Source: Tetramitus jugosus (taxonomy: Eukaryota > Protista > Heterolobosea). Taken from it: a DNA stretch of 64,000 bases. The DNA is taken from positions 124,001 to 188,000 of the forward strand of contig OW569376.1 in assembly GCA_937625935.1 (NCBI GenBank), given 5' to 3'. Each line of letters opens with the position of its first letter. Position 1 is the first letter of the stretch. The translations under genes and the position numbers were made by a program. A model generated the notes under the pieces. That model was given only the letters and a program-made list of their open reading frames with translations, searched no databases and was not told where the DNA came from. Of the stretch, positions 21,831 to 35,117 are shown piece by piece.

Positions 21831-22540
21831 AACCACATCATTAAGATATGAATTGACTACAGATTCCACATGACATTTCCATCTGGTTGTTTGATGCAAT
21901 CTCATTTGTTGGAGCAACGATTTTTTCAAAGTTTGATTCAATCTCTCAACAAGACCTTGAACCCATGGAGAATATGCTGGTCCTTCCTTCTTCTTGACTC
22001 CATACTTCTTGCACACTTGTAATACAGATGCTGCAATAAATTCACCACCAAATCTCAAATTGATTTCATATTTACAGATACCATCTGTACCAAATTCTGG
22101 AAGCTTCAATTCATTCTTAAAAAAGTTCTCTAGAAACTTCACTACTGTCTCTGCCTTCTTGTTCTTAATTGAAACTACCCATGCATACTTTGTCAAGTGA
22201 TCCACTACCACCAAGAGACCAATCTCTTGTCCATCTTTTTTGAAGAAATGAAAGATCAATGTACAAGTGTTGAGCTGCATGATCTGGAACAAGTTGGAAT
22301 GCAGTGCTTGTTGTGCTCTTTTCTGTCCAATATGCGATCCACTGGAACACACATGGGCTTCTTTGATTGCTGCTACTTCTTCATGATCTCTTGGAATCCA
22401 GTACCATTCTACATGAGTTTACCATTTTCATAGTACTCTCTTGCTTCATTGATTGTTTCTACAGTTGGTAGTTTCTTGTTCTTACGTCCTTTAATACCAC
22501 CTTTACGATTACTTGGAACTTCTGTTTCAGTCTATGACAT
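21825..22540 (-). mobile_element. Second, decayed stand-alone rve integrase
   Basis: ATG 22540 gives MS*TETEVPSNRKGGIKGRK (cf. MSKTK...NRKGGKKGR); then QHLYIDLSF, VVDHLTKYAW, GGEFIA, GPAYSPWVQGLVERLNQ. Confidence 0.85.
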
Positions 22541-22598
22541 TGTTTGTTGGATTGTGTAACGATCATGATACATTTAGACGCTACAGTCAGAACTGGCA

Positions 22599-23835
22599 AT
22601 GTCCAGTCACAATCTCACCAAAAGGCTTCCAAAGATCGACAGTGACAGAGATGTGTGGGTGGGTGATGCTTGGTTGGCAAGCAGGGGCAAGGTACTAAAA
22701 CTGCAAAGAGAATGGTCCAATACCTCTGCTGGCGTACAAGAAGAGAGAACATCTGAGGTAGTGTATGAATGTTGTTTTTTGAAAAACAAACGAGCATGAA
22801 AAACGATCGTAGATGCTACAGTATTGAACAACAACGTAGTATTGTCGACAATTTTGGAGAAGAAGCAAGAATCAGTATCTCGCAACTCCCAAAGGTTACC
22901 GATCAGCTATCAGAAGAACAGTTTGGTATCACGAGAGAGATGTTATCGAAGAGTCATTGAAATGAGACAAAGTTTCAGAGTTTCATCATGACATGCCTGG
23001 TGAATGCTATCTGGTTCTCTGAACTAAAGGGGCATTTCAGAGACTCCACCACCTTCATTAATCTTCTTAGACTTTCCTACACGATTTTGCACCTGTTTTG
23101 TGTTCCATTTTTATGAACACTACGCATCATTTTACAAGGTCTTTGAAGTATTCAACACTGATGTGGGCAAGGATCGTATGGTAGAGTATCTGGGTGGTGG
23201 TCCAACTGTTGAACAGTTAGAAGATCCTGATTATCATTTTCATGATGATGGTAAAGTCTATTTGACATTACTTGCTGACTTTAGTCATACTCAACGTATT
23301 GCTTTTCTGAAAGCTGTATTCGAACACTACGGTGAGGAGGTACATGATGCAGTGCAAGCAAAAATATTGGGTGTTTAGTACACTTTGAGCGGTGTAATCT
23401 TCGAGTGGTCGTGGATTGTCTGAGCAGGATCAGAAAACTTTGCGTAAATTCATTCGCAAAATAGAGGATGCTACTAGTGTAGAAGGAGTTCGTCGTGTAC
23501 TGGAGGCCCTGCTATTAGTGGATGACAATCTGGTGAATTATGTCAATTGGTGCAATGAGAACATACTAAGTATGTTGTACAATTCTGTTGTACTGAAGAG
23601 ACTTGGTAAACAGCATGACACCAATGTCCAAGAGATCTTACACACCAATGTTGGTTGCTATAGTGGCTTCTTCATTTTGATCACAATATCAAGGAAATGC
23701 TGGTTGCTGTTTGTAGAGCGCTGGCAATGGACAATGGATACGCAATTACTTATCGTGATAGGTCTGCAGAAGCTCGTGAGAAGAACAAGAAGAAACGATC
23801 TGGAAAATCAGACGTTCAAGGATCTCAGATCGTGA
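22599..23835 (+). mobile_element. Mutator/MULE-like transposase pseudogene
   Basis: LLADFSHTQRIAF, then after a frameshift GCLVHFER (CxxH, ~23370) and HDTNVQEILH (TN..E..H) in the expected order; boundaries approximate. Confidence 0.6.
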
Positions 23836-24067
23836 TATGTTCGATGAAAGACCTGCAGATACTATAGCTCGTGGACTAGCTCCGGCTGATAGTGTCAATA
23901 TTTCAATAATCCCAAGGCTCCTTCAAGAACTCAATAACAACAGACAAAGACAAGTAGTTGTTAACAATCGAGAAGTAGAAGATGATGAAAGTGACAATAG
24001 CGATAGACAGCACTTCCAATTGGCCTTGGACATGAGATCACAGATGCGTGCATCAGTTTCAGATGTA

Positions 24068-24192
24068 TGATTCTTCTTGTGAATACCCCAAGAAATCTTT
24101 AATTCTTCGATAAGGTCGTCAGACCACTTGCCAGTTTCTGAAACACTAGGGGAACTCGTCTTCCTTCGTCTTGTGGTTCTTGTATTTGCCAT
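24068..24192 (-). pseudogene. Truncated Myb/SANT-like ORF divergent from the Harbinger transposase
   Basis: MANTRTTRRRK...GKWSDDLIEELKISW resembles the first helix of a Myb/SANT domain. Confidence 0.35.
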
Positions 24193-24298
24193 TGATGTTG
24201 TTTGTTTGTTTGTTGATGATGAAAAATGGCAAAGTTTGGAAGAACAACTGCATCAACAACAAAATAATGCTGCTTAATATGCAGGTGTTGCGCGCGCA

Positions 24299-24955
24299 AT
24301 GAATTGGAAGTGGAACACATCAACTACAACATTCATATCAACAATTTGGAAAAGGTTAAATTCCATGCGAGACTGTCTTCCCTCATTCAATATTGATGAT
24401 CGTATGGCCTTCGAACACTCACCTACAAGTATCTTCAAGAGTATTTTTATGATTGTTGATGGTACTGAATGTCGAATCAAGAGGCAAAAGAGTATGTACC
24501 AACAAAGAATATACTATTCGGGACAGAAAAAATTCCATGCACTGAAATACAATGTTGTTGTATCGATTGCATCTGGAGCAATAATCAGTGTATCAGGTCC
24601 ATTTCCTGGATCAACTCATGATCTCAGGAAGTGGAGATTGTGGAGGGTGAAAAATGACAAGTACATATTCAGTTCTGAATTGGTGATGGCAGACAAAGCA
24701 TACATCTCAGATGAATTGTGCTTTTGTCCATACAAGAATAAGAAGGGGAGGAAACTTGGATGGAAGAAGAGACTTTTCAATTACCTCCATGGGAGTGTGA
24801 GGGCCATAGTTGAATAGACCATAGGCAGGGTAAAGACATTTAACATTCTCAAGAATGTTTTCAGAGAGAGTTTATGGCGACACAAGCTCTATTTTATTGT
24901 TTGTTGCCAATTGGCAAATTTGACCATTCTTGCTTCGGTCAGCAAACTGCTGTAG
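24299..24955 (+). mobile_element. PIF/Harbinger-like (DDE_Tnp_4) transposase pseudogene
   Basis: IVDGTECRI, YYSGQKKFHALKY, GPFPGSTHD, MADKAY, VRAIVE; one in-frame TAG at 24815-24817, after which TIGRVKTFNILK continues to 24955. Confidence 0.85.
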
Positions 24956-26684
24956 TTTGGAGATGGCTGGTTTTTTCATTTCGGGATGGCAAATGCCAGT
25001 CCGAACGAAAAAATAAAAAGCAACACGATCGCTTTTCGTACAAGTCAACTGTGATGTTTTCACATCAAAATTGTTGTATCGCTATGCTGGGAGCAAAATT
25101 GTACTTGGAACACTTTCATTTAAATGAAAGACAGAATTTAAAAAAGTATGATTATGAACATAATTCGTGAGCAAGCGCTAAAATCATACCTAAGATAAGA
25201 AATAGTTGCTGGCCTTCCTTTCAGGTGGTCATTACCGACAATTTTAGGTACAATTGTTTTGTTAAAAAATAGTGATTTTCGAAAAACAAAAAGATAATTC
25301 TATCAATGATACTACCTCCATTGATCTTCATTTGTTATTTCACCTTGATTAATTCCTGGATAGAGCAGATAAGACATAATGGAAAGACAGGTACCAAATA
25401 TCATCTTGAATTTCAAATAATTAAAGATTTTGCACGGCATTCTCTATTATTCCCAATAGTTTCTGCTCCAACTCAACTTCCGCAACTGAAGGAAGTCTGT
25501 ACCGTTTCTGAATCCAGGTATGATCTGATGATAGGTATACACTCTTCGTGTTTCACTTGGGTTTATTTTGTTTCACAATCTTTTGGAATGGAAATGGAAA
25601 GCTAAGGAAGTGACTTAACGACCTTGGGTTTCGGTGGCGGATTCATATTTGTTGTACAATTGGGCGCCGATGCAAGTGGAGGTAGAGTAGAATTGGCTTG
25701 TAAGTCACAAAAGCAGACCTCACCTTTCAAGCAACTGCCACTTGATGAGATATGGAACCCAAGCCCTTTCATCATATAGTAGACTGGAAGTGACCAGGTT
25801 CAATTTGATCATCTGCACAGGGTTAACCCTCGCTTCTCTCGTTTGAATGTACACAAAACAACAAAATGACAAGGTTATCGGCATCTATTTCTTGAACACT
25901 TGAACCTTGAATCCTTCCAAGTACAGCATTTCTTCCTGACGCGTGGTTGATGGCGACTATTCATTTGGATAATTACTGTTTGACTTGGAACTTCTACTAC
26001 CTACTACTCCATTGAGCAACATCAAGATAGCCAGTGTTTGAACCATCGACCTAGTACTCTACAGATCTGTTTGAATGAAAGAACAATAACAAGGTTGATG
26101 CCCTCGGTTCCATTTCTTGACGCCATCAAACGGACTACCAAGTATCAGCTGGAAGTCTTTACCACCATGGGACACTCTTTCGAGATCGATGACCGTTAGT
26201 TACTAGTTCAAGCTCCTAGGTACCTAGCCATGGTGCACGGGATAGTCGCATACACACTCATATCTGGCATACTTCGTTACTGATGAATGTTCAAGACTGG
26301 CTTCTTGACCTGGAGTAATGGATATATTTCTCGCATCCTTTATGCTGGACCATAGAGATATTGGCTCTATTGGATCGCGACTCGTCTCATAAGAACAATC
26401 GCCGACTGCAGACTGTTCGATATGCTCTTGAGTTTCGCTCGATTGAATTCGGAGAGGACCTGACGTAGTAGCATGTTGACATGTCCTTGAATCTGACCAT
26501 AGGGAAGCGAGGATCCGCACTCTTACCTTCAAATGCGACCACATACTTCACTGGGAACAAAGTCTTGGAGCAGTCAATGATTTGCTAAGGACCATATGAC
26601 AAATGAGAAAAGAAAACCCATTTCTTTCTAACACTGAAAAAGGTCACCATACACAATCAGCAATCAGAGATATCAGTATCTGAA

Positions 26685-27440
26685 TCATAACCTCAACCGG
26701 AGTAGCTTCTGTAACAATGGCTCTTCTGAATTTTTCAACAGCTTAACCATGTCCTTGATAAGGTCATGAGCAAAAATGTGGCAATACAGTTCTCTGGAGA
26801 ATTCGATCTTGACGAAAGAGCATTTTTGCAATGGAAAAATTCTTGTACTGGTTGATTTGTCATACAGGGATAATAGCCTTCCATCTAGAATGGAACGTAA
26901 CAAAAAGGTCGAGAGTCCAGATACCCCCAGTTACTTCATCAATATGTAGAACACGAAGATAAGACATGAGCATCAACACTACTTTTGTACTCTGGACTCT
27001 CTTCAACAAGTTCACTTCCACTTTTGGTAACACGAAGGTGTCTACCTTTCCTCCAACAAACTTGATCGTATAGCATTCAGTCTGTCTGTATTGACGAGAG
27101 AAGGACATATGTTGGCAATTCTACTGCTTATTTGAATATCAGTGGCGGTCATACTTGGTCTTGCAAGAACATAGCTTTCAATAGATCTGGTTGCAGAGTA
27201 CCAAACTTTATGATGAGATGGATCTTTGAACATCTGTACAATACAAATGTTTTATGTCTGTATTATTGTAAAGCCAATAGATCTTTCATTTACAGTTATG
27301 TCATCTGTATACTAACTCTTGTTCACCATGGATGTCGCATGTTGTTCTGCGCTTGTCTATGGGTTTTTTTACTTGAAAAGTTGATTCGGGATGTTCTAGA
27401 CATCCACTACAGGTTGAGCTCCTCTTGGTCCATAAGGCAT
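26685..27440 (-). pseudogene. Frameshifted remnant, possibly transposase-derived
   Basis: Chain of overlapping minus-strand ORFs including YLRVLHIDEV; family not established. Confidence 0.3.
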
Positions 27441-28328
27441 TCATGAATGCGAAATTTCAATCTTAACTGTATCTCTTGGTACTATACTGAACAACATCCC
27501 ATGTATCTTTCTACTCACCCTCTTTGACGTTAATTTGGTAAATCTTGCCAGCTTTGGGGTAAAAGATCTCTGATACATCTGTTACTACTTGAGGTTGGAC
27601 AGATGAAGAGCTTTATTAAGATTCACATAATTACCTCGTTTAGGTCCTGATGACTTATTGGTTCTAGATTGTTGATCAGGAGGTACTAGACGATTTAGGG
27701 AGATTGATGCTACTTGAATTTCTGTGGGGGATACCAACGGTTCTGTTGGTACCGTTGGGGCTAGTTGTACTAACTTGAAAACCGTTATCACCATTGGTTG
27801 ACAATTTTCGTTTTCATTCAACCAAAACAAAAACACAAAAACACAAAACGAACCAACTCTACAACGTGTCGTAAAAATTCCAATTTTTATGTTACATTAA
27901 AATTTTTACAATTTTACGTACATATGTGGTACCTCTACTAACACGTCATGAACAAGTCATGGAACCAACCTCACCGACCAACCTAACAATAATCAATAAT
28001 TCACTCTATTAATTCTATCCCTTTCCCTCTTTCTCCTTCTCTGACAGCAGTGCTACCAACCACCAACGGCACTGTAAAAACTTTTGTGATCATCACTAGA
28101 GATGGAGATCCACCTCCATGACAGTAATGAACATCCAATCAAGACACTCCAAAAGTTGGACCAAGAAGTTTTCGACAACGGTCAACTGCAGAATAAGTTA
28201 ACAGAGGCCAAGGACTGTGATGAAGAAGAATAAAGAAATTTCTGAACTCCTAGATCAGTATGAAAAGTTGAGTGCCAAAGTGGGATTGGGCAAACACCAA
28301 AAATGTTGCTTGGAGTTCACTGAAGAAA

Positions 28329-29720
28329 CTAAACACAGCAGGTACCCATCAGGGTAGAAACAAGTAAATATTCACGGCTTAAATCACTTTCACTCCTCGC
28401 AATTTTACAATTTTTTCCAGAAAAACGTGGTTGACAAAGACAGTTATCAGGTGCGATGAACTCTCCTCTTCCACTACAGACACTAGTTTGATTACCCAAA
28501 TCATCGAAGCAGATGGGAATATCACATACATTAGATACATAACCATGGCACCTATTGGGTTCAACACAGGAACCAACTCCGCAAAAAATCAACGGATTTG
28601 AGGCTGCTAAATCATAACAAATAGTTCCAGTGTACAAGAGTTAAACAAGTGCAATTAATTGGTGCAACACGCGTCCCAAAGATAGCCACAAGGATTTGTT
28701 GCATTCGGACAGAAATACATTCAAATTCGTTGAGAGCACTAGATGGATAGTAGTAGCTGGTGCTTGATAAATCGTTTCATCACCCGTGATCCTATCAAAA
28801 TATCTACTTTAGCATACCGGATAGCTGCTATTTCCTCCTGTATAACCAGGAATTGGAGTAGAGAGATATGCACATGTCTCTGGCTCAAAACAATACCCTT
28901 TACCGCTATACACGATCCATTTCCAGAACACACTTCTGCATCATCTGCTAGGGTACTGAAGCAAGTGACTCCATTGTATAGTAACATTGAATGAGAAAAT
29001 CCAGGCGAGAAGAACTCTGCGTTCAGTGAATTCACCACCTACGATTCTAGGCGTCATATGGTCCGCATTAGACGAATCTCCCATCTGACCATTTGAGTTT
29101 GCACCCTAAGCAAATACTTTACCAGGGTCATAAGTACAAATGTAACCTATTTCCACTAGAGCTAATACTCACAATATTGTAACCCAAGAGTGCTTCCAAT
29201 CTGGTTGGTAGACACTGATCAATAGTTGAGCTAATACCTAATTGGCCTCTGCTGTTGGCTCCCCAGCACCAAACTTGTCTTTTCAGAAGTGCACAGCTGA
29301 AAAATTCACCAGACACTTGAACAATTTCAGATTCTAATCCTGATACTTTAACTGGCACCAAGGATTTTACTGAGGAGTGCCCTTGAGCTTGTTGACACCT
29401 CGAATCATCACCCCAACTTTAAAAAGTACCATCCACTGTTGTTGCCAGTGAATGATAAACACTGTTGCAGCATTTTTAATGCCAAATATACTTAGTACAC
29501 GAATTGGTACTTCTGGCTTGATTCAATCTTGTGTTCCATCCCCCAGTTGACCAAGTCCGTTTTGCTCCCATGAGTAGACTGAACCACTCACTTAGGCCCA
29601 AACAGTGAACTCTACCGCATGAAACAAAAGACAATTTGGTCGACTTGAGCAGCGCTACTAAAACTGGTGTTTGTGACGAACTGATTACAATGACCGAAGA
29701 GTATCCAACTGCAATTTTGG
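28329..29720 (-). pseudogene. RCC1-repeat plus EGF-like repeat surface-protein pseudogene
   Basis: VWCWGANSRGQLG and IVQVSG (RCC1); VCSGNGSC, VCSGRG...APDNCLCQPRFSGKNC (EGF); many stops. Confidence 0.75.
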
Positions 29721-29823
29721 TTGCTGTAAGGTTCTTCTTGGAGAGCTCAATGAAGCAGATGATAAGAAAAGGACCTTTTCCGTTTTAAACAGAGTACCTC
29801 AACATGCACGTATTAACAGAGGG

Positions 29824-30558
29824 TTGTGGGCAGGCGTAGAATCTGTCATACGCAATGCTGTGAAGGAGCTTTTGAATTCCAACATCAGAGTATTTGTTGA
29901 GACAAAACCAATTTATGGCGATGGTGAGATAGTTGAAGAACGGAAGATTAAAAACAGAGCAATTACCAAGGGAAGTACCGTGGATAGACCCAAAGAATTG
30001 ACTAAAATTCTCTATTTATTCGACACCAATTCGAATCAGATCCAAGAGGTTGGTTGTATCAATCAAACAAATACTAAATATAAGCGAAAGAAATCTCCTT
30101 CTGATCAACCAGACAATGAATTGCCAGCTGTTCTTAGTGGGAATGAACCTGAGTGTTCAAAGTTAGAAACTGAACATATGGACCCCAATGTCCTTCCACC
30201 ATCATCAACTGACTTTAAACCGAAGTTGGTCGATTTACTGAGTCCTAGTGGAAAATTCACTTATAGAACGGTAAACTTGTCGCAGATCACGTGGAAGTGT
30301 GATGAAGAACAAGAATTGGTGTTTGAAAGGTTCAGAGAAGACAAAACCAAAAAATCCCTACCTCATGCTTGTCCCTACCTTAGCTTCAACGTCGATACAT
30401 TCACTGTGGAATATGACGATATTGAGTTGCGTTTCGATTCTGAACTCACCTTGGCGAGAATCAGGAGGAACTCTTTCCTTGAATTAATTGGTGATCAGTG
30501 TCGCTTCAATAGTATGAGGATTCCAGCAAGGGCCACTCAATCTATTGCTCTGATATAA
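29824..30558 (+). CDS. Hypothetical protein or gene remnant
   Basis: 244-codon open frame without an ATG start; no recognised domain. Confidence 0.3.
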   Translation: MWAGVESVIRNAVKELLNSNIRVFVETKPIYGDGEIVEERKIKNRAITKGSTVDRPKELTKILYLFDTNSNQIQEVGCINQTNTKYKRKKSPSDQPDNELPAVLSGNEPECSKLETEHMDPNVLPPSSTDFKPKLVDLLSPSGKFTYRTVNLSQITWKCDEEQELVFERFREDKTKKSLPHACPYLSFNVDTFTVEYDDIELRFDSELTLARIRRNSFLELIGDQCRFNSMRIPARATQSIALI

Positions 30559-30733
30559 TTTCCATTGTAATTCGCTCCCTTCATAATTAAGGTTTCTTCC
30601 TCGGACTTATGGAGCCTCCAAAGAATCTTAGAAAGGATCGTAATAGTTTTAATTAATCAAAGGACCCTCGCGGAGAAACCTCGGGACTTTAAAATCAGTT
30701 TTTTTGAAGTGTTTGTGTGAAAAACTCAACAAC

Positions 30734-32098
30734 ATGAGTAATTTAGAAGCTGTTGTGACACACCAGGTGGAGTCTTCTGTCACAGAAAGAACTCTGAATT
30801 ATTGGAACACTCTCAAACGTTGCAACAATGCTTCAAACATGGATTTCGAGTATTCAGCGAGTTGGAGATTATGGCACAGTTTCAACCAAATGGAACAACT
30901 GGAAATTATAAAAGAATTCAAATCAGCCTTGAATTTGCTTCCAGAGAAACATTCTGACATTTCTTATCTGCTGCATTGTGGTATCTTCAGAAGAACGCAT
31001 CAAGATCAAACGAATGATTCGCCTATTTTGAAAGAGCTTTTGCGCCAATTATCACAAAAAGCTCTTAAATCGTATGGAATCGTGTCAGATAAGAACATAT
31101 TGGTGCTACTTTTGGATACTGAAGCAAAAGCTTTGTGTGACATGAAAAGCTATATTGAATCATTGAATAGCTATTCACAAATTCTCCAAGTGGACAGACA
31201 AATTGCATGGGTCTACAACAACAGAGGCTTAATTTATTTGTGCATGAAGGAGAACGATAAAGCAATATCAGACTTCACCATAGCAATAAAAATTAATCCT
31301 GCTCATAAACGTGCCTACTACAACAGAGGTCATGTATACAATGAGCTCAGAGAATACAAGAAAGCAATTACTGACTTCACCAAAGCAATAGAAATGGATA
31401 CCACTGATGAAGATGTCTTTTTTAACAGAGGTTGTGCATACCTTGATTTGAAAGAATACAAGAAAGCAATATCAGACTTCACCAAGACTATTAAAATCAA
31501 TCCTGCTCATGAATGTACCTACTTTAACAGAGGTTGTGCATGTATTGCGCGAAAAGAATACAAGAAAACAATATCAGACTTCACCAAGGCAATCGAAATC
31601 AATCCTGCTGATGAAGGTACCTACTACGACAGAGGCAAGATATGGCTTAAGCTGAAAGAGCATGAGAAGGCAATATCAGACTTCAACAAATCAATAGAAA
31701 TCAATCCTGTTCATGAAAAAGCCTACAACGAAAAGGGTTATGTCTACCTTGATTTGAAAGAATACAAGAAAGAAATATCAGACTTCACCAAGGTAATCGA
31801 AACCAGTCCTGCTCGTGAAAATACCTACAATGATAGAGGCTGCACATACCTCTCCATGAAAGAGAACGAGAAAGCAATATCAGACTTCACCAAAGCAATA
31901 GAGATCAATCCTGCACTTGACTATGCCTACAACAACAGAGCTTGCGCATACTGTAATTTGAAAGAATACAAGAAAGCAATATCAGACTTCAACAAAGCCA
32001 TAGGAATCAATCCTGATCTCGAAGAATACTGTGTGAGGTATGTGAGGATAATGTGTCCCACTGATCAGTTTACAGCTCCCTTGGAGCGCTGTGAGTGA
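30734..32098 (+). CDS. TPR-repeat protein (about 8 repeats)
   Basis: 34-aa units AYYNRG...EYKKAISDFTKAIEINP with 102-nt DNA periodicity. Confidence 0.85.
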   Translation: MSNLEAVVTHQVESSVTERTLNYWNTLKRCNNASNMDFEYSASWRLWHSFNQMEQLEIIKEFKSALNLLPEKHSDISYLLHCGIFRRTHQDQTNDSPILKELLRQLSQKALKSYGIVSDKNILVLLLDTEAKALCDMKSYIESLNSYSQILQVDRQIAWVYNNRGLIYLCMKENDKAISDFTIAIKINPAHKRAYYNRGHVYNELREYKKAITDFTKAIEMDTTDEDVFFNRGCAYLDLKEYKKAISDFTKTIKINPAHECTYFNRGCACIARKEYKKTISDFTKAIEINPADEGTYYDRGKIWLKLKEHEKAISDFNKSIEINPVHEKAYNEKGYVYLDLKEYKKEISDFTKVIETSPARENTYNDRGCTYLSMKENEKAISDFTKAIEINPALDYAYNNRACAYCNLKEYKKAISDFNKAIGINPDLEEYCVRYVRIMCPTDQFTAPLERCE

Positions 32099-32744
32099 CA
32101 CAGGTGTTCTTCATAAAAACATTGAAACGAGGACAAAGATTTCCCTGCCAGCATGTCACAAAACACAATTAAATGGTGGAATTCGTCTTCATCTTTCATT
32201 AATTTCAATTCCGTGGATACAAGAATACCAAACATTATTATATTATAGTAATTCTACTACTCGTTTCAGACCACTGAAACTGCTGGGAGAGTATGATCAG
32301 GCTGTCAATAGATACATCTTCATCTGCCTACCTCCTATGTATATCAGGTAGCAGAGGTAACCAAAAGTGTACTATTGGAACACATGTTGGTGTGATAAAC
32401 CGTTGTCAGTACTCCAGTGGATCACATTTATCATCACAATTATCACAATCATCACCACCATCATCATCAACAGTGCCCACCATCAATGCAAATGAACCTC
32501 TGTCAGTATTGAATTATGAGGAAATGGCAGCATCTGCACCACTGAATGCTACTACTACCACTACTACTATTCCATCTGTATCAAACTCTTCTCCACGACC
32601 ACCACTCCAGTTATTTCCAATTTGATTGTTCCCTTTCCATCTCCTGGTACAACAACAAACAATGCTGGGTCATCCACCAAGAAATCACCACAAAATGAAA
32701 ATTGGCCATGGATCGAGCAGTGAAAATACATTGAAGGTGATTCA

Positions 32745-33392
32745 TTGTTGATGGATGAGGGCAATCGATTAGATTTCAAGTTGACAGTGTTTTCCGACTA
32801 TTTGAATTGCAAGGCTTCACCAAAGAAGGAGAAGCCTAGTAGTGGAGCGAGCAGCACTGGATCAAACAACTCTGGTAACAATGCATTTGATTTTATTAAT
32901 TATTCAAAGTTGGGTTTGCGAATGACGTATTTGATTGCTTTCTTGAATTCGAATGGTGATTGCTTGTTATTTGGTGTCTCAGATGACTCTATTGTCATGG
33001 GAATGAAATTGACAGAGAAACAGAGTGATAAGATTCGATTGGTGTTTGACAATTGCATTAGAAACTTTAGTGTGACTCCTCAACCAATCACTGGAGTGGA
33101 TTATCGATTGAAATTTCTTACTGTGCTAAAGACACACAAGGACTCAAAAGTGAACGAGCTTGGTGAGGCTGATGTCAACAAATCTACATCGTCAAAGGTT
33201 GTTCTGGCAATGGAAGTTCGAAAGAGCAAACTATTTCACTATGCACACATTTCAAAGCAATTGAAATCATGGGAGAGATTAAAAGCTTCCAACGTTTGTC
33301 TCAATGGACATCCATTCCGTGGCTTTGAAGATCATCAATCACCTGAGGAATGGACCACCACACAATCAACTGTAACAGTAGGGAGACTCTAG
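32745..33392 (+). pseudogene. Schlafen/AlbA_2-domain protein (probably part of a broken gene starting near 32300)
   Basis: EGNRLDFK and YLIAFLNSNGDCLLFGVSDDSIVMG match the AlbA_2 'E...EFK...AFxN..GG.L..GV.D.G.V.G' pattern. Confidence 0.7.
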
Positions 33393-34174
33393 AAGCGTTT
33401 GGGTTGCCCGGTGTTTTCAGACATAAGAAGCGAAGGAGGACGAAGCTTTCAGATGATAACACTCGGAGGTTTGTTGGAGGAGTCGTTGTGAGTTTGGGTT
33501 TCTTGTTTGGATCTTCATTGTTAGGGTCTCAAGTTGCGACAATAAAACAGGGAAATCGATGGTGACTCCAGATCTTAGGGTTTGTATGACAACACTCGAT
33601 GATTGGATGCCAAGATGGCATGCCAAAGCAGGAAGCTCGTAGGCGCAGGAGAACTTTCGATTTCGATCGAGTAGAAGAGTTTCGTTACAGGGAAGATACT
33701 AAAAATTCCCACCAACAAATGTGTTGGCGTGATAAGCATGGCTCTACCATTTGTGAGCACATTTGCTAGTCAACATAAACAGCCTCAGGTAGACAATTCT
33801 TTCAAAACTCCCAAAAGAACGAGATATCAAAGGTCACCACAACAAAGCTCTGCATCGTCTACTGCAAGCTCCCCTCGGACAACACCACATTCCGCGTCAT
33901 CTGTCCAACCATTCAAGAAGGCAAAGCTTTATACTTCTCCTTCTGGTGATGGCAGGACTGGTGATGATGATGATTCAGATCTGAGTGATATGGAGGATGA
34001 TTTAGATAGTGAGCTGTTTCAGCATGCTAACTAACATAGTAAAGTTCACAAAGTCCAAAAAAACCGGAAATAATGTAATGCACACGAGACCAGTAAAGTA
34101 ACATTTTTCTCTTATTGCTGAATCTGAAATCCACGTCCGAAAAAGTGCAATTCTTCATTGGAGAATTGATCCAA

Positions 34175-35117
34175 TTACTTTCCCTTACTCCAATATGAAA
34201 ACACTCCAATACAAGCTTTGTAATCTTTTTGAGGCTCCCTGTATGCCGAATGATTGGTAAACAGAAGATGGAAGCGACCCCAATCGTGAAGAGCGGCAAC
34301 GTTGGCAGGCCCTCGCAGTCCATTGCTCCTACCAAATCTAGCAATAAAACCACCAGTGTAAGCATCAAAAACTTGAATGCAGTTTTGGAACCGATCAGAT
34401 ATAATCAATTCACCCTGGTTGGTTATGGTCATTCCACTTGCTTCTCTGTGCTTTTGAGTTGAGCACAGTTCAGCTGCCTCTAAATCAGTAATAGGTGCTT
34501 TGACTTTGAATTGAAACAGATACTTGCCATCGAGACTGTACACTCGTACTCGATTTGAATCACACACATATAACTTATTATTATAGATGGCAATATCACT
34601 TATGCTGTGTCTTCTGGACCGTTTAACTACCTCTTCAGGTGGATCAATTATATGAAGTAAGGAGAAATCTGGTCTAAAAACTTGAACCTTGTCCGTGTCT
34701 CTATCTCCCACATAAATGTTATCATTGTTGTCAACTGCAACTAAACAACTAAATATTGGCACATTCAAACTGACCAGGGTTATCTCCCCTCTCGCCAAAT
34801 GAAGTCACACTTGTGGCCAATTTTGAATCCAGTTTCACGATGTTTATTCCATCGCTTGTAGCAAACACATCTCCACTAGAATTCACAACACTTGGACCAA
34901 TACGGCGCATCACTGTGGGACTGAAACGGAGGCATTCACCTTTGACATTGTACACAAAGACACCTAAAAACATAGAGGTGGTTATAATCTCATTCCTTCT
35001 CACATCCACGCAAATGGATATTGGTTTTGGTGACTTTTCTGTAATGTTGTAACTGTGTTTTAAATCGGCACTCCCACTCCTTTGCATTCTTTTTATTTTC
35101 TTCCTTTCCAGCTGCAA
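34175..35117 (-). pseudogene. NHL-repeat beta-propeller protein, frameshifted near 34760
   Basis: FGERGDNPGQF, VAVDNNDNIYVGDRDTDKVQVF, IISDRFQNCIQVF. Confidence 0.75.

Noticed and set aside
25620-26560. Possible fibronectin-III-like remnant and a short minus-strand ORF
   Set aside because: Too degraded to support a call by eye.
31200-32020. 102-nt periodic DNA repeats that could be mistaken for a CRISPR-like or DGR array
   Set aside because: They are in-frame TPR coding repeats with no unique spacers.
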